From an uncultured Hormoscilla sp. (GTDB taxonomy: Bacteria > Cyanobacteriota > Cyanobacteriia > Cyanobacteriales > Desertifilaceae), in the NCBI GenBank assembly GCA_963921275.4, contig OZ001293.3:1440001-1504000 (forward strand): a stretch of 64,000 nucleotides of DNA, read 5' to 3'. The notes under the pieces were generated by a model. It had not been told where the DNA came from. It made no database searches and saw only the letters and a program-made list of their open reading frames with translations. Within the stretch, counting starts at the first letter, position 1. Each line of letters opens with the position of its first letter. Position numbers and translations under genes: made by a program. Shown here piece by piece: positions 55,138 to 64,000 of this stretch.

Positions 55138-56298
55138 CTACCTTGCCAGCAGATCGGCGATCGCCTGCCCTTCTACCGGAGTATAAGGAGGTGGAACTTT
55201 ACGGGCGTCAGTAATCAGCCAATCCAGGCCAGCTGAGTGCATGTCAATAGAGGAACCGGTCTTATCCACACAGTAACGCCCAAATACCAGCTTATCCACC
55301 AAGCGGATACCCTGATTCAAACGGGAATATTCAAAAATTATGCTATTTTCCACCACTGCACCGCTACAGAGATGACAATTGGGACCGATCATTGTTGGTC
55401 CGATAATCTTAGCGCCATCTTCAATCCGAGTCATGCCGCCAATGTATACCGGTCCTTTGATATCAACCTTGTCCCAGTTCACCACCACATTCAGACCCGT
55501 GTAGATCCCTGGTGCCACTTCAATACCGGGAATTTGCACAGCTTTGATCTTCCCTAGCAGAACATCTCGCACTGCCCGCCAATAGTCTGGTACTTTACCA
55601 ATGTCCACCCATTGAAAGTCCATGGCAATCCCATAAAATGGCACACCCATCTCTACCAGTTTGGGGAACAGTTCGCTACCAATGTCGTACTCTTGCCCTG
55701 AAGGGATGTATTCTAACACTTCTGGTTCAAAAATATAAATCCCAGTGTTAATGTTGGTGCTTCTGGCTGCTTCTATGGAAGGCTTTTCCTGGTAGGCTTT
55801 AATCCGCCCGGTAACATCGGTCACCACAACCCCGTAGCTGGACAGTTCCTGGAGGGGTACAGATTTCATCACCACGGTGGCGATCGCTCCTTTTGATTTA
55901 TGCCAATTGACAGCTGCGGTTAAATCCAGGTCAATCAGGGCGTCTCCACATAAGACCACAAACGTATCGTCAAAGAAGGGGTTGTGATCCTGAATGCGCC
56001 GCATTCCACCGGCAGAACCCAGAGCCTTACCTACCAATGTACCATCTTCTTCGATCCTACCTTCAAAGGAATAGGCAATCTGAACGCCAAACCGTTGACC
56101 GTCACGGAAGTAACTCTCGATTTCTTCAGACAGGTGGCTGACATTGACCATGATTTGGTCAAAACCGTGCTGGCGTAATAGTTCCAGTAAAAATTCCATC
56201 ACTGGCTTTTGCAGGATAGGAATCATCGGTTTGGGAATGATGTGAGTGATTGGCTGGACACGGGTTCCCTTTCCAGCCGCCAGAATCATGGCTTTCAT
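55138..56298 (-). CDS. cugP: NDP-sugar pyrophosphorylase (CugP-like UTP-glucose-1-phosphate uridylyltransferase)
   Basis: MKAMILAAGKGTRV..IPKPMIP, C-terminal left-handed beta-helix. Confidence 0.8.
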   Translation of the reverse strand: MKAMILAAGKGTRVQPITHIIPKPMIPILQKPVMEFLLELLRQHGFDQIMVNVSHLSEEIESYFRDGQRFGVQIAYSFEGRIEEDGTLVGKALGSAGGMRRIQDHNPFFDDTFVVLCGDALIDLDLTAAVNWHKSKGAIATVVMKSVPLQELSSYGVVVTDVTGRIKAYQEKPSIEAARSTNINTGIYIFEPEVLEYIPSGQEYDIGSELFPKLVEMGVPFYGIAMDFQWVDIGKVPDYWRAVRDVLLGKIKAVQIPGIEVAPGIYTGLNVVVNWDKVDIKGPVYIGGMTRIEDGAKIIGPTMIGPNCHLCSGAVVENSIIFEYSRLNQGIRLVDKLVFGRYCVDKTGSSIDMHSAGLDWLITDARKVPPPYTPVEGQAIADLLAR

Positions 56299-57173
56299 GA
56301 ATTTTTATTCCTTAACCCTAGCTACGTATACTGCGGTGAATTGACATCAGTGTCAACCAAACTCTATGGCTATGCCCCCAGCGCAGCGCTATCGGTACTG
56401 CTGCGACATTACAAGCGCGTAACGCTTGTTTTAGCCGTAGCTGCGATCGCCCTTGCACCCTGGCTACCAACTTAAGCCGGGACAGCCCCTGATGCAAGGC
56501 TTCCAGCCCACAGGGATTTCAGCCGCTCCCTAGGGCCAATTTGTCCCGCTTTACGTTGGTAGCCTGCACCCTTTTTGGAGATGATATCCTGACTTTAGCT
56601 TAAAGAGCGATCTCACTAACATACTGCCAAAGCGCTTACAGTTGCCATAACCCACTGCTGTTGCTTTGAAAATGTTCGCCCGCGAGTCTATGGGATAATG
56701 CTTGCCGCCCGCAGCTACCACATTTTTTGCCATAGCTGCTACAAGTGACCCAGACGATCATCCTATGGCAGCCACTTCTGGGGTGCTTTACCTCTGTCTT
56801 ACTCATTACAGTACACTGTTTAATCATGTAAGCGGTGCCATTTAATAATTTTTCCTGCTTAACTTTCATTGATTCATGCTTTTACATTATTTTTACCCAG
56901 CATTGTTTTATTCTAAATTCTGTTACATTATTTCTGTCATTTTTTCGCTTAAAATATCCTTTTACATTACTTTTACCCAGCTTTGATTATTTATGCCATG
57001 CTTTTAGATTACTTTCCCCACGCATTCCCTGCTTGCGCCGGAAGCACTAAATTGCTTACTACGAACGGCGATTATCATAAATAAAAACTAATATCCATTT
57101 CGGGGCATCTGTATTATCTAGAGGTTAATGGCTAATGTCCAATTAACAATTAACAATTAACAATTATACTATC

Positions 57174-58037
57174 TCAAAGAGTGCTGCGGATCTTCAAATC
57201 CTGATAGAATTCCTCTTGGGCTAATTCTACCTTAGACTGAGCCGAGAGCAACAGCAGTGCCCAAAAGACACCAACCTTGTCCTGTTGTGGCTGCCATGCC
57301 AACAGCTGCTCCAGATCCAACCAATCAGATCCTTGAGCCATTTTCGACCAGTTATTGGCGAGAAAATATTCCAATTGCTCGGCAACTTCAGACAAATTTT
57401 CTTGGTGCGCCAGCTGGCTAATAGTATCAGCAGCTTCTGCCCGCGATAGAGAACTTTTGCGTCGAGTGGGAATTCTTTTTTGCTGCTGTGCTATAGTTTT
57501 AGTCATCAGCTGCAACTGATCGATCAATTCCTGTAATGTCACTCGACGTTGCTGAGGTGGTCTGGCAACAGCGCGACGCCGCAACTGGCGCTCTAGATGC
57601 AAGGGCAACTTTTGTTTGAGTGAACCATCAGAGGAATCTTCGGACTCCAAAGCCTCTGGGAACATTTCAGAAGTTTCTGGTGCCGGGGCAAGACTATCGG
57701 CTTTCAGCAGAACTAACATCGACGCATACAAAAAAATCTGCCCTGATTGGGACAGCTCAGCTTCAACAGTTGTAGTATCATCATTGCTATTGGACGCCCT
57801 TAACTGACTCAACACCCGGTCAATCACATCAATCACCTGTACATCCCAAGGGTCGATTTCTCCTCGCTGGGCCATATCAATCAGCAAAGCGATTCCGATC
57901 TCCTCTGGACGATAAGTAATCTGGGAATCTCGCATATGTTCGATGCCATTGAAATTCCCAGAAGAGACCACTTCATTAGTAACGCCGGAGTCCTGGTCAA
58001 ACTTCGCGCTTATACCAGGCGACAGCTCAGTGTTCAT
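57174..58037 (-). CDS. scpA: Segregation/condensation protein A
   Basis: GEIDPWDVQVIDVID; C-terminal FWALLLLSAQSKVELAQEEFY; start uncertain. Confidence 0.9.
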   Translation of the reverse strand: MNTELSPGISAKFDQDSGVTNEVVSSGNFNGIEHMRDSQITYRPEEIGIALLIDMAQRGEIDPWDVQVIDVIDRVLSQLRASNSNDDTTTVEAELSQSGQIFLYASMLVLLKADSLAPAPETSEMFPEALESEDSSDGSLKQKLPLHLERQLRRRAVARPPQQRRVTLQELIDQLQLMTKTIAQQQKRIPTRRKSSLSRAEAADTISQLAHQENLSEVAEQLEYFLANNWSKMAQGSDWLDLEQLLAWQPQQDKVGVFWALLLLSAQSKVELAQEEFYQDLKIRSTL

Positions 58038-58273
58038 TTGACTTTGATCTGGAAAAATAGACAGCTGCTAACACAATCCAGCTCATTATATCACCGGCAT
58101 AAAAAGATCCAAATACTCTTAGACTTTGTCAAAGCATAAGCCGTCATCTTGACAAAATTTCGGAATTTGTTACTGTGGCGATGTGCTCTGCGCTATTCGC
58201 ACTACGCATCGCACATCGGTTCTACCTTGTCGCTCTCCTGGATAGCAGCAGGAGGCAGCTTCCCTTGGGAATC

Positions 58274-58576
58274 TTACAATTGTATTTTGTAACTATCAAG
58301 ATCTTGCTCTAACTGATCGATCCGCATATCTCTTTGCCGAACTGCCTTGACACCTTTGCGAGATATAATCATATCCTGCAACCGGCTCCATACACTAAAA
58401 ATCCAAGCTAAAACTGCTCCCACTCCCATTGCCAGAATCAGTTCAACTGAAAGGGGAGCTTGTACTTGAACCCCTTCGACAAGTTTAACAGTAATAGGCT
58501 CCGTATTTTGCAGACTGAATAAAATCATGGCCAAGCCAAATACAAAGATGAGCAAAAAATTAATTTGTTGTTCCAT
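58274..58576 (-). CDS. LapA-family membrane protein
   Basis: FSLQNTEPITV...APLSVELILA, two TM helices and a coiled tail. Confidence 0.75.
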   Translation of the reverse strand: MEQQINFLLIFVFGLAMILFSLQNTEPITVKLVEGVQVQAPLSVELILAMGVGAVLAWIFSVWSRLQDMIISRKGVKAVRQRDMRIDQLEQDLDSYKIQL

Positions 58577-58888
58577 GGCGCTATTCTGAAAAATTCTCTG
58601 ACAATTCTTGCAATTATAGCTAATCACAGCTATTGTAAAATTAATTTATTTTTGCTCAAGCTGAAATTACTGCTTTAGCCTTGCCCTGATAGTCAATTAT
58701 AGTTTTACTAGCCAACGAATACGATCATAATCTGATATTATCTGAGGTAATTTTTTTGCCATTATCGGACTGGCGATAGTCCAAGCCAACGACGATATTC
58801 TCAAAACTAAAACCTACCTAGCGCTGCGCGCCGCTGCGCGATCGGAAAGTCAATGGTTCATGACCCTAAAGCCATGAACCACTAACTA

Positions 58889-59900
58889 ACTCAAGTTGCG
58901 ACCTATAAAAATTGGATACAAAAAGCTATGATAAAGAGAATTATTTTCAACTCTAATCCCTTAGATGTAACAGCATGAATTGACTTGGGAAACAAATTGG
59001 TGATTCGACTAAAACAGGTTTCAACTTGTTTTCTTGTTACTTTTTGTATATATTCAAAACAAGAATATTCTTTTCTTTTTGAGTTCTTTTTTCGCAAAGG
59101 TTTTAACATTATACTTGACGACTCTTTTAGTAAATCCTCTAATTGATAATCATTATAAGCTTTATCTCCATAAACTATTGAATTTGATGGTAAGTCAAAG
59201 CCAAAAGATTGCAAAACTTTAACATCATTATAACTACCAGGATCTAGATAAAATTCTATTGGCTTTCCATTTTTGTTTACCAACATATGAACTCTTAATC
59301 CATAAAAATAACGTTTTTTACTGGCAATATACCCTCGATATTCTTCCTTGTTATAAATTTGGCATCTATCAATCCTAATATTATCACATACTGGCACCGG
59401 GAAACTATCAAGAATATATTCTTGACCCGGATTGAGCTCTTTAAATGTTTGAGCTATAACTTGGAAGAAAAACATCTAAATTGGTTCGTCAATATTGTGT
59501 AATCGACGATTGAACCTACTTTTACTTAACAGATTTTTTATATACTTGTGTTGGACCATAAATTGACAAGAGCGATCGTGGTGTCCTCCGAAAAAATATG
59601 CAGCAACTAATCCGACTGTCATCACTTCGGCATTGTTCATTTTTACTTGTGGATCTTCTTTTATATTTAACGCTTTTAGTAGCTCGTCACAAAGAACAAA
59701 AATTGTTGTAATCATATCTTCCATCATCTACATCCCCCAGCAATTAACTATTATTTTAGTACATTATAACCTATAAACAGCCAACCCGCCGTCTAGCACA
59801 AAAAAAATATAATTTTGTATCAAAAGCTACGAAATATCCCAAATATCTGTAAAGTCTAAGTGGGTAATTCATATTTTTTTTAATAGGTCGCAACTTAGGT
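58889..59900 (-). mobile_element. IS982-family element; transposase has one internal stop (59476-59478)
   Basis: Inverted repeats AC(TC/CT)AAGTTGCGACCTAT; TAACTA direct repeats at 58883-58888 and 59901-59906; DSFPVPVC, YGDKAY, RKQVET motifs; low GC. Confidence 0.92.
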
Positions 59901-59938
59901 TAACTATATTCTTGCATTGAGATGCAGAGCGTAAATGC

Positions 59939-61180
59939 TTACCGTTGATTGCGGGCTAGGGAGGCCAGTTGCAAAATTTTTTGCCAGTGCTTTTGTACCT
60001 GTTTGGGTTTACATTGGAGGGATGAGGCAATCTCGGCCTCACTGACACCAGATTGCTTGAGCTGCAATATCTGTTGCTGTTCTGGGGAAAGTTTTTCCAC
60101 AAAATTAGACCAGTTAGCGGTGGTCATGCCTAGATTTTGCTCAATATCCGCACCCAACCATTGATGCACTAGCTGCCATTGGTGAGAACAGGAGAACTTT
60201 TCTACATGATACTTGAAGCGCTGTTGCAGGTAATCTCGCTGACGCGGTGAAAGACCAAGGGTACGATCGATCTCTGAGGCGGGGAAGTCTTGGAGTTTGA
60301 GATTGAGATAATCAATACAGTCAAACTGTTTTTGGGATTCTAGGTATTGCACCAGTTCAGAGATGACCCGATCGCGCAATACGCCTTCAGATGGGTCCAC
60401 TGCAGCAGCAACCATTTTCTCCTGTACCTGGGCGATAGCGGGGTTACGGCTATGAATTTCGGCTTCTTCTTTCTTGCTAGATTCTACGGCCATTTCAATA
60501 TCTAGGGACATTTCTGGGGGTTGGCGGCGAGCAAAATTCTGAGCCCGCAGTATGATTAACCTCTGGGTTATTCCCCTTGGTAAGTTGATGCGACGCTTGG
60601 CATAATGATCAGTAAAGGTCATATATTCTGCCAATTCTAGTCTGGTACGGGGGGTGTAATCTTCTGGCAGTTGGTTTTCTCTCCGGAAGGCTTTGAGGGT
60701 TTCGACGTAGAAACTTTGCAGGAAGTCCTCAATCAGATTGTACCGGGCATTGAAGCCTAACTGGGAGTCATTATTAGTGATATGGCGGTAAATCATTACG
60801 CTCAGGTTGCTGTGTAGTTCGCTGCGCCCCTGCCCTGAACCTAATTTATAATATTCCAGACATTTTTGCAACCGATTTCGTGCTAAGGTCAGCTGCCAGG
60901 AACTGACAAGGCCAGAACTAGCGATGCGATCGCTCTTTCCACAAATCCGCTGCACTTCGGTAGCTATCCGAGTTATCACTGCACGAGCTGACAGAGGAGT
61001 GGTTTTCGTCCCGATCGCGGCCTGCAATTCTGTCCATAGTACCTCAACTAAGGCGGTTGTGTCCATAACTGTCTCAGTCGGGGTGAGGACAGACTGGGAT
61101 TTATAGGTGGCAGAGTCTTTGACTGACGGCAAATCTACAAGGGACTGGCTGCAAAGATTTACTTGTGTGGCGTTCATCAT
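59939..61180 (-). CDS. HetZ-related protein
   Basis: EVQRIC..SDRI, YYKLGS..GR.ELHSNL, RQRDYLQQRFKYH, C-terminal HTH. Confidence 0.85.
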   Translation of the reverse strand: MMNATQVNLCSQSLVDLPSVKDSATYKSQSVLTPTETVMDTTALVEVLWTELQAAIGTKTTPLSARAVITRIATEVQRICGKSDRIASSGLVSSWQLTLARNRLQKCLEYYKLGSGQGRSELHSNLSVMIYRHITNNDSQLGFNARYNLIEDFLQSFYVETLKAFRRENQLPEDYTPRTRLELAEYMTFTDHYAKRRINLPRGITQRLIILRAQNFARRQPPEMSLDIEMAVESSKKEEAEIHSRNPAIAQVQEKMVAAAVDPSEGVLRDRVISELVQYLESQKQFDCIDYLNLKLQDFPASEIDRTLGLSPRQRDYLQQRFKYHVEKFSCSHQWQLVHQWLGADIEQNLGMTTANWSNFVEKLSPEQQQILQLKQSGVSEAEIASSLQCKPKQVQKHWQKILQLASLARNQR

Positions 61181-61508
61181 CGCTTCTCCTCTAGATTTCG
61201 ATGTGCTCTGCGCGCGCAGAGCACATCGAGTAGTTGTTGTTGCTCTCTACAATTCGACTGTAGGCAACCACAACTCTCACTAAAAAGGAGCGTGTACAGT
61301 TCCTGATAGGAACACAGGTTCTGGGAATATAGGAGTATGGGGAGTATTGGGGCTCTGGTAGCTCTAACCCTTGCGGTCTAAGGACTAAAGGCTGTTTTCG
61401 CCCCCCTGGGGGGCGTCAGCCCCCCCAGTGTGACAATCCCGAAACTGTCCTGCCGTTCTTTTCTTCCTGACGCCAAAACAGGGTTTGAGTATCAGCTAGA
61501 TGAGGGGA

Positions 61509-62162
61509 CTAAATCCATGCTGCTGCTGCTTCCCAGCCTAGTCCTTGTCGGACAATCGCCGGTTCATTATCTGTGAAGTCCAGAATGGTGGAAACCTGAT
61601 ATGTCAGTTCACAGGAGTCATCGACTATCACGTCTACCAATTTTTCCAGACTGTCAAATAGTTCAGCTGTAGAGGTGTAATCTGATGTCTTGGGTGCTGG
61701 TGCCATCTCCTCGGAACCCACTAAATGAGCTGAAGTAGAAATAATTGGATTGCCTAAGGAATTCAATAATTCCTGGCATACCGGATGAGCGGGAACGCGA
61801 ATGCCGGTGGTTTTCCTTGTCGGTGCCATCACCAGTCGCGGCACTAATTTGGTGGCTGGCAAGAGGAAGGTATAGGGCCCTGGAATCAGATGTCTCATAA
61901 TCCGATAAGCCGAATCCCTGACGGTGGCATAACTGGCCACATTAGACAAGCTGGAACATAAAAAGGTCAAGGGCTTATCATTAGACAGCTGCTTGATGCG
62001 TCGGACTCGTTCTACTGCCGATTTAACGTTAAGATCGCAACCGATCGCATAAACTGTGTCCGTGGGATATAACATCACGGCACCATCCCGGAGAGCATCC
62101 CTAATCTCTTCTATCAGGCGTTTTTGGGGTGTCTCGGGATGGACTATGTATATGGTGGCCAT
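61509..62162 (-). CDS. Sua5/YrdC/YciO-family threonylcarbamoyl-AMP synthase-like protein
   Basis: YPTDTVYAIGC, PGPYTFLL, GIRVP, ISTSA. Confidence 0.9.
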   Translation of the reverse strand: MATIYIVHPETPQKRLIEEIRDALRDGAVMLYPTDTVYAIGCDLNVKSAVERVRRIKQLSNDKPLTFLCSSLSNVASYATVRDSAYRIMRHLIPGPYTFLLPATKLVPRLVMAPTRKTTGIRVPAHPVCQELLNSLGNPIISTSAHLVGSEEMAPAPKTSDYTSTAELFDSLEKLVDVIVDDSCELTYQVSTILDFTDNEPAIVRQGLGWEAAAAWI

Positions 62163-62188
62163 ATTGAGATTGCTGATGAGTATTAAGG

Positions 62189-63457
62189 ATGAACAAGTTA
62201 GCGTATCTGGAATGTCCTACTGGCATTGCTGGTGATATGTGCTTAGGGGCACTGGTGCATGGGGGTGTACCCCTAGATTACCTGATTGAGAAACTCTCTC
62301 ACCTGGGAATTTCTGATGAATACCAGCTGAGGGCAGAACTTGTTCATCGCCATGGCCAGCAGGCAACTAAAGTCTATGTGGATCTATATCAATCTGACCA
62401 TTCCCATGATGAACATCATCACTCTCACGCCACAAACTCTGAAGAACTCCATTCCCATTCTCCTACACGCCATTTGCCAGAAATTGAACAGATGATCGAA
62501 TCTGCTGGCCTGCCAACCCAGGCAGAAACTTGGAGTTTGGCAGTGTTCCGGAAGTTGGCCCAGGCCGAAGGAGCGGTGCATGGAATCGATCCAGAACGGG
62601 TGCATTTTCATGAGGTAGGTGCTACGGATGCGATCGTGGATATTGTCGGTACTTGTTTGGGGTTGGACTGGTTGGGTATTGACCAGCTTTATTGTTCTGC
62701 GCTACCGACTGGTGGTGGCACGGTGCGGGCGGCCCACGGTCAGTTGCCGGTGCCCGTGCCAGCCGTGCTGAAGCTATGGGAAATGGGCCAGGTTCCGGTT
62801 TATAGTAATGGCATAGAGCGGGAACTGGTAACTCCTACTGGAGCGGCGATCGCCACTACCCTCGCCACCAGGTTTGGTACTCCACCGGCCATGACTATCC
62901 ATAACCTGGGGCTAGGTGCTGGTTCCCACTCACTGCCTCTTCCTAATATCCTCCGCCTGTGGATTGGATCCTTAGGGCCTGGGAAAGAGGATCTGCCTAG
63001 CCCTAATTTAGAAACGATCTCTGTTTTAGAAACGCAAATCGATGATTTGAGTCCTCAGGCGATCGCTTATGTCTTTGATGCCCTATTTGCCGCTGGTGCC
63101 GTGGATGTGTTTACCCAGCCTATTGTCATGAAAAAGTCCCGACTGGGGGTGCTGCTAACGGTGATTTCTCCTCCGGAAAAGTTGTCGGCTTGTGAAGCTA
63201 TCCTCTTTCGCGAGACTAGCACTTTAGGGATCCGCCGATCGCTCCAGCAGCGCTCTATTTTACGACGGGAAATACAACCGGTGCAGACACCCTATGGTGC
63301 CGTGCGGGTGAAGGTTGCCGGGACTGGTAATGATATCAGCAATGTCCAGCCGGAATACGAAGATTGCGCCCAGTTAGCTAGGGCAAATAACCTGCCTTGG
63401 CGGCAAGTTCGCCAACTGGCGCTGCAATGCTGGTATCAAATGAACAGTGATGGTTGA
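62189..63457 (+). CDS. larC: Nickel pincer cofactor biosynthesis protein LarC
   Basis: [11 protein letters not shown], His-rich loop, [23 protein letters not shown]. Confidence 0.93.
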   Translation: MNKLAYLECPTGIAGDMCLGALVHGGVPLDYLIEKLSHLGISDEYQLRAELVHRHGQQATKVYVDLYQSDHSHDEHHHSHATNSEELHSHSPTRHLPEIEQMIESAGLPTQAETWSLAVFRKLAQAEGAVHGIDPERVHFHEVGATDAIVDIVGTCLGLDWLGIDQLYCSALPTGGGTVRAAHGQLPVPVPAVLKLWEMGQVPVYSNGIERELVTPTGAAIATTLATRFGTPPAMTIHNLGLGAGSHSLPLPNILRLWIGSLGPGKEDLPSPNLETISVLETQIDDLSPQAIAYVFDALFAAGAVDVFTQPIVMKKSRLGVLLTVISPPEKLSACEAILFRETSTLGIRRSLQQRSILRREIQPVQTPYGAVRVKVAGTGNDISNVQPEYEDCAQLARANNLPWRQVRQLALQCWYQMNSDG

Positions 63458-63624
63458 TTTTAAGCTGTGATGCATTTAAATTGCATAGTCCAAAATTGCC
63501 GTTATAGCTGAAACGCTCACCTGTCGTGGGTTGCCTCGATTTTACCCTCAGCCCCAACATGCAGTTTAGATGCGCGACAGCTTACTAGGCCATAAACCAT
63601 TTATTCTCAACCATCAACCGCTGC

Positions 63625-64000
63625 TTAGGTTTCTGATGCTGCTTCTTCCTCCGAGGAGGCTACATCTGACTCTTCACTGACTGATGCTGCTTCTTCCTCC
63701 GAGGACGTGACATCTGAAACTTCTAAAGAGGTGTCTGATTTTGCCTCATCCGGCGTAGTTTCAATCACCTCCGAGACGCTTTCTTCCTCCGAGGAGGCTA
63801 CATCTGACTCTTCACTGACTGATGCTGCTTCTTCCTCCGAGGACGTGACATCTGAAACTTCTGGAGAGGTGTCTGATTTTGCCTCATCCGGCGTAGTTTC
63901 AATCACCTCCGGGACGCTAATCACTTCTTCTGGGCCTGAACTTTTTTCGACTTCCACATTGTTGCAGACCGCGATCGCCCAGAGCATGATTCCCGCTAGC
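63625..64000 (-). CDS. Acidic repeat protein, probable lipoprotein; start lies beyond the window
   Basis: Frame is open to the window edge (LAGIMLWAIAVCNN); 138-bp internal repeat; rich in E and S. Confidence 0.55.
   Translation of the reverse strand, partial: LAGIMLWAIAVCNNVEVEKSSGPEEVISVPEVIETTPDEAKSDTSPEVSDVTSSEEEAASVSEESDVASSEEESVSEVIETTPDEAKSDTSLEVSDVTSSEEEAASVSEESDVASSEEEAASET

Noticed and set aside
56551..57050. Short ORFs between cugP and scpA
   Set aside because: No recognisable motifs, overlapping on both strands; likely intergenic
61405..61430. Possible HetR-binding inverted repeat upstream of the hetZ-like gene
   Set aside because: G/C-run palindrome whose spacing does not match GGG-N5-CCC convincingly; it resembles generic repeats

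Overview
Chromosomal window from a cyanobacterium, judged from abundant HIP1 GCGATCGC sites and the genes atpD/atpC, PSRP-3, a HetZ-like gene, Uma2 genes and a CHAT-domain TpsA. The genome looks eroding: intact housekeeping genes (atpD, atpC, clpP, ndk, speA, a cugP-like gene, scpA, larC, an ndbB-like gene, ferrochelatase) sit among many frameshifted or truncated genes, IS remnants (ISL3, two IS630, IS5-like, IS4/IS50-like, IS982) and several families of very small dispersed repeats that insert into genes. The most striking elements are two related ORF-less group II introns of about 0.9 kb on the minus strand (11600-12497 and 20566-21507), each inside an IS. They share an identical non-canonical domain V, carry a covarying structured RNA in place of the ORF in domain IV, and have EBS1 loops matching their own insertion sites. 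Other notable items are a MITE>IS4>intron nest, a probable PsrR1-like sRNA split by IS630, in-frame 24-nt insertions (xAARTLR[D/E]) in three proteins, a 1274-bp tandem duplication creating a chimeric cyclase ORF, a cNMP + cNMP-TerB-'Mo-nitrogenase C-terminal' gene pair, and an HMG-CoA reductase remnant. No CRISPR array, tRNA or rRNA was seen. All family assignments come from recognising motifs by eye; no searches were run.
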